Part shown: positions 8,774-17,489 of the stretch, piece by piece
Layout: every line of letters begins with the position of its first letter
Position numbering within the stretch: the first letter of the stretch is position 1
Program-made: the position numbers and the translations under genes
Notes under the pieces: generated by a model
The model's input: only the letters and a program-made list of their open reading frames with translations
Database searches by the model: none
What the model was told of the DNA's origin: nothing
IMG/VR virus record: IMGVR_UViG_3300029240_000018
Coordinates: 1-45,667 of that record
DNA from: a virus
Direction: 5' to 3' (one strand)
Length of the DNA: 45,667 bases

Positions 8774-9080
8774 AGTTACAGAAACAACGACCCGTAAAAT
8801 ATACGTTTACCCATGCGTTAAATGCGGTTGCGATGATATAGAAATATATAATTGCGGTTATAGTTCATTTAATTGTGCCGGTGGTAAATGTAAAAAATGC
8901 GGGCATAAAATCGAAACGGGCGCAAGTTGGAACGCCAAAAATAGCGAGTTAATCAAAGCATGGAACCGGGGTAATAATCCCGACGTTTTGATTGAACAAT
9001 TGGAAAAGGATAAACAAGCAATCGCCGAGGAAATAAAGCGTTTGCGAAAAATTAAAAGGAGGTTGCAAAATGCAGTATAA
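8760..9080 (+). CDS. Lar-family-like zinc-ribbon protein (possible restriction alleviation) with a C-terminal coiled coil
   Basis: Start at ATG 8760. PCVKCG…CKKCGH…ELIKAWNRGN matches the CPFCG…C..CG…AWNRR pattern of the Lar family as I recall it. Confidence 0.45.
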   Translation: MAEHEVTETTTRKIYVYPCVKCGCDDIEIYNCGYSSFNCAGGKCKKCGHKIETGASWNAKNSELIKAWNRGNNPDVLIEQLEKDKQAIAEEIKRLRKIKRRLQNAV

Positions 9081-9576
9081 CAACAAAGGTTATAAACCGA
9101 AATTGCACGACCGTTGGCGTGCATTAACCGTTAAAAATCCGTATGCAACGCAGTTGGTAACGGCGGCGTATGAGGACAACGGGATTGTTTACGGCGAAAA
9201 ATGTATTGAGGTACGAAGCAAAAACACGCCGTACCGGGGCGATTTAATGGTTTGTTCGTCCGCTAATCCCGTAATTCCGGGATATGAAAACGGGGTAACG
9301 TTGGGATTGGTTGAGTTGTACGACGTTAAGCCCGTCGCCGATTTCACCCCCGAAGATTGGGAAAATACCCGCATACCGCCCGAAAAACGTAAGTCAATAA
9401 CAAAGGGGTTCGGTTGGATGATGCGGAACCCCCGCCGGGTTGTTGAGTTTCCAATTAAGGGGCAATTGGGTATTTACAATTTGGTGTACACAAAGGGCGT
9501 AATAACTGAATACCCACGGGCGTTGGTAGTTGACAAAGAGAGTTACGAATTATTAAACAGAAAAGGCAATGAGTAA
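9070..9576 (+). CDS. ASCH (PUA-like) domain protein
   Basis: ALTVKNPYATQLV…GEKCIEVRSKNTPYRGDLMVCSS…GLVELYDV…GFGWMMRNP…KGQLGIYNL is the typical ASCH pattern. Confidence 0.65.
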   Translation: MQYNNKGYKPKLHDRWRALTVKNPYATQLVTAAYEDNGIVYGEKCIEVRSKNTPYRGDLMVCSSANPVIPGYENGVTLGLVELYDVKPVADFTPEDWENTRIPPEKRKSITKGFGWMMRNPRRVVEFPIKGQLGIYNLVYTKGVITEYPRALVVDKESYELLNRKGNE

Positions 9577-9823
9577 AAAGCAAATCGGAATTATCCCGAA
9601 CAATGGCGACGTTCATACGGCGCAAATTGGGGTTCATATCGGACGGGTTGGCGTGTCTGTTTACGTCCGGGAATATTGGAAATATAAGAGTTGGTTTATT
9701 GTTCCCGGCGTGTCCGTGGATGCGGTCAACGGTTACGACCGTTACGTTGACATTGAGGCGAAAATATTATTTGTCGGCATTGGCATACGGTTTATATGGA
9801 TTAAAAGAAAGGTAAAACGATGA
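9569..9823 (+). CDS. Hypothetical protein
   Basis: 84 aa. It overlaps the upstream stop by 8 nt. Confidence 0.45.
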   Translation: MSKKQIGIIPNNGDVHTAQIGVHIGRVGVSVYVREYWKYKSWFIVPGVSVDAVNGYDRYVDIEAKILFVGIGIRFIWIKRKVKR

Positions 9824-10116
9824 AAGCAAAGATTTTATTGTTATCTTTGGCAACGCTTTTGTTGGGGGCGTGTCAAAGCGAGAACGAACCAACGGAAACA
9901 TTTTATTTACTACAAAAATCCGAGAGCATGGAAGAAAGAAACGAGTTTGTAACGAATACCACGGCGGCAATGATACAGATAAACGCCCCCCGGTATAATT
10001 GTGAGATTGTCGAAACCGCATTAGCGGGCGGCGATAGGGTACGAATTTGCGTAAAAGGCGCAAAGGAAGATTTGGACGCATTGTTTGACTATGTAAACGA
10101 AGCGGGCAAAGAATGA
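9820..10116 (+). CDS. Lipoprotein
   Basis: Signal peptide MKAKILLLSLATLLLGAC with a lipobox (LLGAC). ATGA overlaps on both sides. Confidence 0.75.
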   Translation: MKAKILLLSLATLLLGACQSENEPTETFYLLQKSESMEERNEFVTNTTAAMIQINAPRYNCEIVETALAGGDRVRICVKGAKEDLDALFDYVNEAGKE

Positions 10117-10472
10117 GAGTAAAGCAACCCGAACCGTTCGACCCAAATAGAGAATACAGCCCCGGCGAACGTTGCGTTTACCGGGGTATGGTATTGATTG
10201 CCGAGATATGGACGGCGGCGGATGCACGATTAGCCAACAACAACCCCGCAGTATTTACGCAACGTTGCGTTCGCTGTAAAATCAAAAGGGAAGATTGCCC
10301 CGGAATAGGTAGGCAATGCGACAAATACCATAGGAGCGACCGGAAAACGATTTATTGGCGGTTGTTGCGAATTGCCGGGGGATTTAAAGGGGTTGAAACA
10401 TTGGAATTTAATTATAACGGAACAATTGCCGGGGTAAAGGTTGAAGCCGCCCCGGATAGTAATAACAAATAA
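10113..10472 (+). CDS. Hypothetical Cys-rich protein
   Basis: 119 aa containing CVRCKIKREDCPGIGRQC. Confidence 0.5.
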   Translation: MRVKQPEPFDPNREYSPGERCVYRGMVLIAEIWTAADARLANNNPAVFTQRCVRCKIKREDCPGIGRQCDKYHRSDRKTIYWRLLRIAGGFKGVETLEFNYNGTIAGVKVEAAPDSNNK

Positions 10473-10484
10473 ATTTTTAGAGCG

Positions 10485-11222
10485 ATGAACAAACAAGTAT
10501 TAAGCCCGTTCGATTGCGATATGTGCGCAATGATTGAGGACATTACAAAACAAGAAATTGAGGTTACAGCGTCCGACACTTCAATACGTTTAAGTTGGGC
10601 GCAAAATGGAAGCGAGGGAAACGATAAAGCCGAGGGACAAAGGATTGAGGCGTTAAAACAGGCAATCCGGGGACGATTGGGCGACCGCCTTATTGAGTTC
10701 TTTTATGACGACGGGATGCAATCGGTTTATATGAAGTATGACCCGGAGGAATACCCGGAGGAAATGCGCACCCGATTAACCGACCCGGACGCCACAGCGG
10801 GAACCCGGTATTGTCGCACTTTGTTAGAGGTTGACGCAATCCAATTTAGACGGGACAACGTGAACGACGTTTTGAGATTTACCGGAGGCGGAACGGTTAC
10901 GACGCCACGCACCCCGGACGGCAAAGCAATGTTTTCTTTTCCCGATGGCAACGGCATATTCGTTGACGTGCCGGAAAGTTGGTACATTATCCGGGAATTG
11001 AACGGACGATTTACCGCCCGCCCGGAACGGGATTTTAAACGAGAATTTGAACCTAAAAACAATCCCGTCGAAAATACCCAAAAGGAACCCACAAACAAAG
11101 GATGCGGCGATTGTGCCAATTTCACGAATGAGGACGTAAACGGTAACGGATATTGCGAGGCGTTCAAATCTGAACAATCATGCGGAATGTGTCGTTGCCA
11201 AGAGTATAAACCTAAAAATTAA
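10485..11222 (+). CDS. Hypothetical protein with a C-terminal Cys-rich module
   Basis: 245 aa with the C-terminus CGDCANF…GNGYCEAF…CGMCRC. The start is preceded by TTAGAGCGATG. Confidence 0.55.
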   Translation: MNKQVLSPFDCDMCAMIEDITKQEIEVTASDTSIRLSWAQNGSEGNDKAEGQRIEALKQAIRGRLGDRLIEFFYDDGMQSVYMKYDPEEYPEEMRTRLTDPDATAGTRYCRTLLEVDAIQFRRDNVNDVLRFTGGGTVTTPRTPDGKAMFSFPDGNGIFVDVPESWYIIRELNGRFTARPERDFKREFEPKNNPVENTQKEPTNKGCGDCANFTNEDVNGNGYCEAFKSEQSCGMCRCQEYKPKN

Positions 11223-11247
11223 AAAGTAATGAAAGGAGGCAAACACA

Positions 11248-11496
11248 ATGAAAAATAAATGTTCGTCGGAAATTCCCAATATGCCGACCGGATGCGCCCC
11301 GGATAATCGACGCCCCGAAAAGATATGCGGAACGTGTCGATATTTTAACCCGGAATTTCCGGTAAAAGGAAAGCCCGCCCCGGTATGTTTGGCAATAAAG
11401 ACAATGAAAGGGGGAACGGAATACACCAACCCCCGTGGAACCCAACCGCATTTTCGTTGTTCAAATGGAAGGTACGAAAACGGTATAGGACAATAG
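11248..11496 (+). CDS. Small Cys-rich protein (CGTCRYF module)
   Basis: 82 aa with AAAGGAGG upstream. It shares the CxxC(R/A)(Y/F)(F/S) motif with the 10485 and 12532 products. Confidence 0.5.
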   Translation: MKNKCSSEIPNMPTGCAPDNRRPEKICGTCRYFNPEFPVKGKPAPVCLAIKTMKGGTEYTNPRGTQPHFRCSNGRYENGIGQ

Positions 11497-11500
11497 GCAT

Positions 11501-11529
11501 AAAAGCCCCGGAAACAAAGCCGGGGTTTT
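11501..11529 (+). terminator. Rho-independent terminator ending the early/middle unit
   Basis: Stem CCCCGG (11506-11511) / CCGGGG (11520-11525), an 8-nt loop, then TTTT. Confidence 0.75.
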
Positions 11530-11557
11530 GCCGTTTATATACATGAGATAACAAAGG

Positions 11558-11589
11558 TTTGGCAATGCCCCGGAAAAGCCGTAAATTTG
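11558..11589 (+). promoter_or_regulatory. Bacteroidota-type promoter (late)
   Basis: TTTG 11558-11561, a 20-nt spacer, then TAAATTTG 11582-11589 (a TAnnTTTG box). Confidence 0.55.
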
Positions 11590-11700
11590 CCCCGTGGTTG
11601 AAAGATAACCATAAAGACAATAAAAGTATTGAGTTAATAACAAAAGCCTCTTAAAATGGAAATTCCCCGCAAATAACTTGTAAAGGGTAAACACGTTTTA

Positions 11701-11807
11701 AGGAGGGACGGGATAAGAAAAGACATAGAGCCGGAAAGGAACCAAAGGGGAAAAGGGACAAAGGAACCGAGGAACCAAAAGGACGGAAAAGCAAAAAGGC
11801 GCAAAGG
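11701..11807 (+). repeat. Purine-rich tract (about 84% A+G) with three GGAACC repeats, lying in the leader of the packaging operon
   Basis: I counted 17 pyrimidines in 107 nt. GGAACC is at 11738, 11763 and 11771. Confidence 0.8.
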
Positions 11808-11848
11808 TCTATTTTTTACCCCGTTTGAACATTAAAAGAGGTTGAAAA

Positions 11849-12532
11849 ATGGAAAAATTGAAAACGGGTAATAAGAACCGGAAACCCGCCGGATATAACA
11901 AGCGTACCGAGGAACAACGGGCGTATGATATTGCGTATTGTTCCAATCTGTTTTTACGTGGTTATACTTATCGGGAAATAACCGAGGCATTGAACCGGGA
12001 TTTGTCCGACCGGGGCGTTGGTTACACAATTACGCTTTCAATGGTTTATTACGACTTACAACAAACCCTTATCGAATGGAAGCGGGAACGGTTGGATAAT
12101 ATCGACGATTACGTTACACAGGAATTGCGCAAATTGGATGCAATGGAGGTGCAAGCATGGGAGGCGTGGGAGGCGTCGAAAACCGGAAAGATGCGCACCA
12201 AAGAGAAAACCAACAAGGGGCGACCAATCAAAACCGATGCCGAGGACGGCGACCCGGAATATTACGGGTACAATGAAACCGCAACCGAAACGTCCGCCGG
12301 GAACCCCCGGTTTTTAGATTTGCTTTTGAATATCCAACAACGCCGGGCAAAGATGTTAGGGTTTGACGCCCCGGTTAAAATTGAGATACCCGGATATAAC
12401 GCCACGACCGACGACGACAAACCAAAGTACGACGTTAAAGCAATCCCGGACGATTTATTGTTTGCATTGGCGGACAAATTACAATCCGCCGAATACCAAA
12501 AGGCATTAGCCGAGAAAGGAGGGTCGCAATAA
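11849..12532 (+). CDS. terS: Putative terminase small subunit
   Basis: It sits two genes upstream of terL. It has an HTH-like segment (YTYREITEALN) and a basic N-terminus. Confidence 0.5.
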   Translation: MEKLKTGNKNRKPAGYNKRTEEQRAYDIAYCSNLFLRGYTYREITEALNRDLSDRGVGYTITLSMVYYDLQQTLIEWKRERLDNIDDYVTQELRKLDAMEVQAWEAWEASKTGKMRTKEKTNKGRPIKTDAEDGDPEYYGYNETATETSAGNPRFLDLLLNIQQRRAKMLGFDAPVKIEIPGYNATTDDDKPKYDVKAIPDDLLFALADKLQSAEYQKALAEKGGSQ

Positions 12533-12750
12533 TGGCAAAGAGAGTAACCGCACCCCGTCCGGGAACCAAGCAACCGGAATGGCAAACCGAGATTTGCGAC
12601 ACGTGCCGTTTTTCGGAATGGATAACGGACGACCATAGACACCGGGATTTAAACGGGAACCCGATTTGTTTACGTTGCCCGCATTATGAATTTTACATTG
12701 TCCGAGGTCGTCGGGCGTGTTCTAAATGGGAGAAAGGAGCAAAGCAATGA
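12532..12750 (+). CDS. Small Cys-rich protein (CDTCRF module)
   Basis: 72 aa containing CDTCRFSEW…CLRCPHYEF. TAATG and ATGA overlaps link it to its neighbours. Confidence 0.5.
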   Translation: MAKRVTAPRPGTKQPEWQTEICDTCRFSEWITDDHRHRDLNGNPICLRCPHYEFYIVRGRRACSKWEKGAKQ

Positions 12751-14300
12751 ACAACGAACAATTATTGCAGATGTACGACGCAATCCGGCAACAACCGGAT
12801 TTGCTTGTTAAAGCCGCCGCCCGTAAACGCCTTATCAACTTTGCCCGGTATATGCAACCGGATTTAGTATTAGAGCCGTTCCACGTCGTTTATTATACGT
12901 TGTTGGATATGTTCGCACACGGCAAAATACGAAAGATGATTGTACAACAACCGCCCCAACATGGCAAATCGGAGGGGTCGAGCCGTAAATTACCCGCATT
13001 TATGTTGGGGTTAGACCCCGACCGCAAAATATGTATCGGTTCGTATGCGGCGACAATCGCACGGGATTTTAACCGGGACGTTCAACGAATAATCGACACG
13101 CCCCGGTATCGTGAATTATTCCCCGGCACGTACTTAAATGGGTCAAACGTCGTAACAATGGCTAATACCTATTTGCGCAATTCCGATGTTATCGAAATGG
13201 TAGGGCGTAAGGGGTCGTTGCGTGTCGTCGGTCGTGGCGGTTCGCTGACGTCTAAAACCGTGGACGTTTCGATATTGGACGACGTGTATAAGGATTACGC
13301 CGAGGGTAACAGCCCGATAGTACGGGCGGCGGCGTGGAAATGGTACACGACCGTTGTACGCACCCGTTTACACAACGATAGTCAAGAATTGATTGTGTTT
13401 ACCCGTTGGCACGACGACGATTTGATAGGGCGCATTGAAAAGAGCGGCGAAACGATTATTGATGTTAAGTGTTGGGCGGATTTAGAGAACGTAACGCCGG
13501 GGGCGTGGGTGCGCATAAATTTTGAGGGATTGAAAACCGGGGAACCGACCGAGATAGACCCACGGGAACCGGGGGCGGCATTATGGGAAAGCCGACACAG
13601 TAAGCAAAAGTTGGAAGCGCAAAAAGCATTAGACCCGGTACAATTTCAATGCCTCTATCAAGGCAACCCCGGTTCCGCCGAGGGTCGATTATATCAACCG
13701 TTCAAAACATGGGTTGAAAAATCCGATTACGGCACGTACATACGTTCCGGCGCATACATAGATGTTGCCGATGAGGGGGACGACCTTTTGTTTGCCGCCA
13801 CGTATGACGTTTATAAATCGGACAACATGATTTTCAACGAGAAAACAAAGCGTATGGAACCGTTGTTATTTGCTTTAATTACGGATATGGAAATGACGGA
13901 CGAAAATACGGACGTTACAACCGTAACCGTTCCGGCAATGATTAACAGGAACGGCACGCAAAAAGTATGGGTTGAGAGTAACAACGGCGGTGCGGGTTAC
14001 GAAAAGGTTATTAAAAAGAAAATGCGGGCAATGACAGACCCGTTTTATCAAGGCGGCAATAAGGAAAGCCGGATAATTACGGCGTCCGCAATGGTAAATC
14101 AAAGTATTATTATGCCGTTCGGTTGGGAAACCCGGTACAAAGCGATTTACGACCATGTTACAACCTTTTTGCGCAATTTCGATGCGAACACGCACGACGA
14201 CCCGGAGGACGGATTAACCGGGATTTACGAAAAAGAGATTGCCGACGGTAATATACAACCATACGCACACGCAAACCGGGGCGTTAAACGTCGTAACTAA
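12747..14300 (+). CDS. terL: Terminase large subunit
   Basis: Walker A-like QPPQHGKSE, Walker B VSILDDVYKD and the TRWHDDDLIGR motif. ATG 12747 has AGGAG upstream and an ATGA overlap. Confidence 0.9.
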   Translation: MNNEQLLQMYDAIRQQPDLLVKAAARKRLINFARYMQPDLVLEPFHVVYYTLLDMFAHGKIRKMIVQQPPQHGKSEGSSRKLPAFMLGLDPDRKICIGSYAATIARDFNRDVQRIIDTPRYRELFPGTYLNGSNVVTMANTYLRNSDVIEMVGRKGSLRVVGRGGSLTSKTVDVSILDDVYKDYAEGNSPIVRAAAWKWYTTVVRTRLHNDSQELIVFTRWHDDDLIGRIEKSGETIIDVKCWADLENVTPGAWVRINFEGLKTGEPTEIDPREPGAALWESRHSKQKLEAQKALDPVQFQCLYQGNPGSAEGRLYQPFKTWVEKSDYGTYIRSGAYIDVADEGDDLLFAATYDVYKSDNMIFNEKTKRMEPLLFALITDMEMTDENTDVTTVTVPAMINRNGTQKVWVESNNGGAGYEKVIKKKMRAMTDPFYQGGNKESRIITASAMVNQSIIMPFGWETRYKAIYDHVTTFLRNFDANTHDDPEDGLTGIYEKEIADGNIQPYAHANRGVKRRN

Positions 14301-14431
14301 CAATTTAATTGAGATATGCAAGTTTATAACGGAAAAAGTTTATAACTTTGCAACGTAGAAGTAATACAGAGGGCAAAGGGACAGCCCAACGAGGTAACAA
14401 ATGTAATTTTTAACGTTAAAATTTAAAGAGT

Positions 14432-15082
14432 ATGATTACTTGTAAGTGTCCGGCGGCGGCTTCATTGCCCGATATTCCCGCCGTAAAATGCGCCGAAAGT
14501 TTCGGGCAAATCCAAAAGGTAGCGTTTCAACGTCTAACCAAAGACGATGGAAGCAAAAACAGTTTTACCACGGAAAAGGCAATTACTTTGCTTGCATCAT
14601 GGACGCCGTTGTTGACGGCGGCGAATAGTACCAAAATCGTTGTTTCCCCGTATATCCAAGCCCCGACCAACGAAGCCGGAGCCGCCCGAACCTTTGGCGG
14701 CGGTAACGAAACATTGGGAGGCGTTGAGGAAATTATAGGGCGTGAACCGAACCCGTTTACCGGGGTAATGCGTAAAATCCCCCAATCAGTAATTAAGGCA
14801 ATGAAAGAATTGCAATGCGAAAGTTGGGCGGACAATTTGGGCGTTTATCTGTTTGACGAAAACGGAAGTATTGAGGCAATACAGGATGAAACAACCGCAA
14901 CAACGTATTATCCTATTCCTATTCGTTCGTTGTTCATTGGCGACAAAACGCATGGCGGATTAGAAGCCCCGGACAGCAACGCAATACAATGGGCGTTTTT
15001 GCCTAACTATTCCGACAACCTTGCAATCATTGCCCCGGATTTTAATCCGTTGACGGATTTAAAAGTTGCCGTTGGAGGTTGA
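14432..15082 (+). CDS. Hypothetical virion-module protein
   Basis: 216 aa between terL and the portal gene. No motif recognised. Confidence 0.5.
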   Translation: MITCKCPAAASLPDIPAVKCAESFGQIQKVAFQRLTKDDGSKNSFTTEKAITLLASWTPLLTAANSTKIVVSPYIQAPTNEAGAARTFGGGNETLGGVEEIIGREPNPFTGVMRKIPQSVIKAMKELQCESWADNLGVYLFDENGSIEAIQDETTATTYYPIPIRSLFIGDKTHGGLEAPDSNAIQWAFLPNYSDNLAIIAPDFNPLTDLKVAVGG

Positions 15083-15086
15083 CGAT

Positions 15087-15308
15087 ATGGCGGCGAAAGT
15101 ACAAAAGGTTGCGTTAATCAATGATACATTGAACGTAACCGAACAATTCGAGATTACGCACGCCGAACGTCTTTTGCGAATGCCTAATAATGGCGGTTGG
15201 AGATTGCCGGATAATTCAGACTTTAAATTTGACAAAGACAATGGGATTGGATATAAACGAAATAAAAAAGCGGATAACGGAGCCGAAAAAGCGCAAAACG
15301 ATAAATAA
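15087..15308 (+). CDS. Hypothetical small protein
   Basis: ATG 15087 with GGAGG upstream. It overlaps the proposed portal start. Confidence 0.4.
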   Translation: MAAKVQKVALINDTLNVTEQFEITHAERLLRMPNNGGWRLPDNSDFKFDKDNGIGYKRNKKADNGAEKAQNDK

Positions 15309-16968
15309 GGCTATTTATCACCAACAGCGCATTAATTTTCACGCCCGCACCCGTATAACGTCGTTTGACATTTGCCAACCGATAACGGATTTTATGGCAT
15401 TTGTTTCTAACCTATTGCCGCATGACAAATTTAAGATGTTCAAAACATTGTTCCGTTACCCCGTTAAAACAAACGAGGTAACGGGCGTTTGTTTTGATAA
15501 GTTAAGCCGGATTTTTGACGGTCGTAACCCGGCGTTCAATTATCAATTCCAAAACCCGGAACAACGGGACGATTGGGAATATTACCGCCAAGACGTATTA
15601 CACGAACCGGAAATTTGGAGTACAAAAGGATGGGAGTTTTTCCAAACCGAAATAAATAGCGTTCTAATTGTCGATATGCCGAGCGAACAAAACCCCGCCG
15701 ACAAATACCCGCAACCGTATTTCTATTGGTTGCCTATTGCATCCGTGATTGATTACAGAGCCAACCCGACGACGGGGGTAATGGATTATATCATATTTAG
15801 GCAAGACGGGGAACGTATCGCAGTAATTGACGACGAACGTTATAGGGTATTCAGAGAGGACAAAAACCACAATATCGGCGAATTGCTGATTGATAACCCG
15901 CACGACGTCGGTTATTGTCCCGCCCGTTTCTTTTGGAATGAACCGTTGAGTTTATCGGAACCCGACGTTAAGCAATCCCCGCTAACCAAGCAATTGGAGG
16001 CGTTGGATTGGTTTTTGTTTTATCATATCAGTAAACGACATTTAGATTTATACGGAGCATATCCGATATATTCCGGTTACGAACAATCATGCGATTTCAG
16101 TAACGGCGAAAATGGCGATTATTGCGACGGTGGGTTTTTGAAAGACAAACAAGGGTTTTACAGATTGGACGCCGCCGGGCTTTTGATGCGTTGCCCCAAA
16201 TGCGGGGATAGTCGTATTAACGGCGTCGGTTCGTTCGTTGAAATACCAATACCGGACGGGGATAAACAACCCGATTTGCGTAACCCGGTGCAAATGCTAA
16301 CCGTTGACCGTGGGAGTTTGGATTATAACGTTGAGGAAGAAAACCGCCTAAAGAATGACATTATTACGTCGGTTGTTGGAACCAACGAGGAAATAACCAC
16401 ACGGGACGCATTGAACGAGCAACAAATACAGGCGAATTTTGAGAGCCAAAGCACGGTATTAAACCGGGTAAAAAAGGGATTTGAGGCGGCGCAACAATTC
16501 GTCGATGAAACCGTTTGCCGTTTGAGGTATGGCGGTTTGTTCGTTTCTGCAAAAGTCAATTACGGCACGGAGTTTTATTTATCTAACGCAACGGAGTTAC
16601 GGGAACGTTACAAGGTAGCAAAGGAAAGCGGCGCAAGCGAGGCGGAATTAGACGCACTACAAAACCAAATTATCGAAACGGAATACCGGAACAATCCAAC
16701 CCAATTGCAACGTATGTTGACGTTGGCGGAATTGGAACCGTACCGACATTTAACCCGTAACGAGGTATTGGATTTGTACGACAAACAGATTATCAGCGAA
16801 AACGATATGCGTATAAAGTTGAATTTTGCTAACTTTGTACGCAGATTTGAACGTGAATATTTGAACGTGTTAGAGTTTGGGTATAATATGCCGTTCAACT
16901 CTAAGATAAATTTTATAACAAGTAAATTTAACGATTATGCGAGTGAAAGTAAGCGAGGGCAAAACTAA
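15241..16968 (+). CDS. Putative portal protein
   Basis: About 575 aa, the first large ORF after terL. The start is uncertain: ATG 15241 was chosen over the track start at 15190. Confidence 0.55.
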   Translation: MGLDINEIKKRITEPKKRKTINKAIYHQQRINFHARTRITSFDICQPITDFMAFVSNLLPHDKFKMFKTLFRYPVKTNEVTGVCFDKLSRIFDGRNPAFNYQFQNPEQRDDWEYYRQDVLHEPEIWSTKGWEFFQTEINSVLIVDMPSEQNPADKYPQPYFYWLPIASVIDYRANPTTGVMDYIIFRQDGERIAVIDDERYRVFREDKNHNIGELLIDNPHDVGYCPARFFWNEPLSLSEPDVKQSPLTKQLEALDWFLFYHISKRHLDLYGAYPIYSGYEQSCDFSNGENGDYCDGGFLKDKQGFYRLDAAGLLMRCPKCGDSRINGVGSFVEIPIPDGDKQPDLRNPVQMLTVDRGSLDYNVEEENRLKNDIITSVVGTNEEITTRDALNEQQIQANFESQSTVLNRVKKGFEAAQQFVDETVCRLRYGGLFVSAKVNYGTEFYLSNATELRERYKVAKESGASEAELDALQNQIIETEYRNNPTQLQRMLTLAELEPYRHLTRNEVLDLYDKQIISENDMRIKLNFANFVRRFEREYLNVLEFGYNMPFNSKINFITSKFNDYASESKRGQN

Positions 16969-17455
16969 AGACGTTGCGATTATCGACGTTACGCCCGAAA
17001 ACTACATTGTCCCGGACAATGAGAAACATTTGTATCATTGCGTTATCGAAATTAAGAAATTCGACAGCGAAACGGGCAAACGGTTATCAATTCCCCGTAT
17101 TCAGAAGTTCGGCAAAAAGGGTTATGAAAATAGCATTGCCGACAATCTGAAAAAACAGGGTTACACGATTACCGTATTGCACGACCCCAACGAGTACATG
17201 AAAGCGAAAGCCGAGGCGGACGAAAAGGCAAAGGCAGAGAAAGCCAAAGCCGCCGAGGAAAAAGCCAAAGCCGATGCCAAAGCAAAAGCCGAGGCGGACG
17301 CCAAAGCCCGTGCCGAGGAAAAGGCAGCATTGAAAGCCGAGATTTTGGCAGAATTGAAAGCGGCGGGCGTTATCCCGGCGACAACTGCAAAGGAACCCAA
17401 AGCCGATGCCAAAGCAAAAGCCGAGGCGGACGCCAAAGCCGAGGGCAAAAAGTAA
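16937..17455 (+). CDS. Hypothetical head-module protein with an Ala/Lys/Glu-rich repeat tail
   Basis: 172 aa with the C-terminal half KAKAEADEKAKAEKAKAAEEKAKADAKAKAEADAKA…. Confidence 0.55.
   Translation: MRVKVSEGKTKDVAIIDVTPENYIVPDNEKHLYHCVIEIKKFDSETGKRLSIPRIQKFGKKGYENSIADNLKKQGYTITVLHDPNEYMKAKAEADEKAKAEKAKAAEEKAKADAKAKAEADAKARAEEKAALKAEILAELKAAGVIPATTAKEPKADAKAKAEADAKAEGKK
17266..17440 (+). repeat. Perfect 43-bp direct repeat (17266-17308 and 17398-17440), in frame and 132 bp apart
   Basis: caaagccgatgccaaagcaaaagccgaggcggacgccaaagcc was read at both positions. Confidence 0.9.
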
Positions 17456-17489
17456 CCGAATATTAATTTAATAATCAAAGGGAAAGATT

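Noticed and set aside
11530-11848. A tRNA or other structured RNA gene in the long intergenic regions (also 14301-14431, 37094-37258 and 39068-39220)
   Set aside because: I could find no cloverleaf-compatible stems or T-loop consensus (GTTCRANYC) by eye. A tRNAscan or Infernal run would be needed to exclude this formally.
14321-14350. TAACTTTG (14343-14350) as an additional promoter between terL and the next gene, with the AGTTTATAAC direct repeat
   Set aside because: The -7-like box is present, but there is no TTTG at the expected -33 distance. It is too weak to call from sequence alone.
17200-17445. The repetitive GCC/AAA-rich region as a CRISPR-like or satellite array
   Set aside because: It lies in frame within a coding region and encodes an Ala/Lys/Glu low-complexity tail. 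There is no repeat-spacer periodicity.
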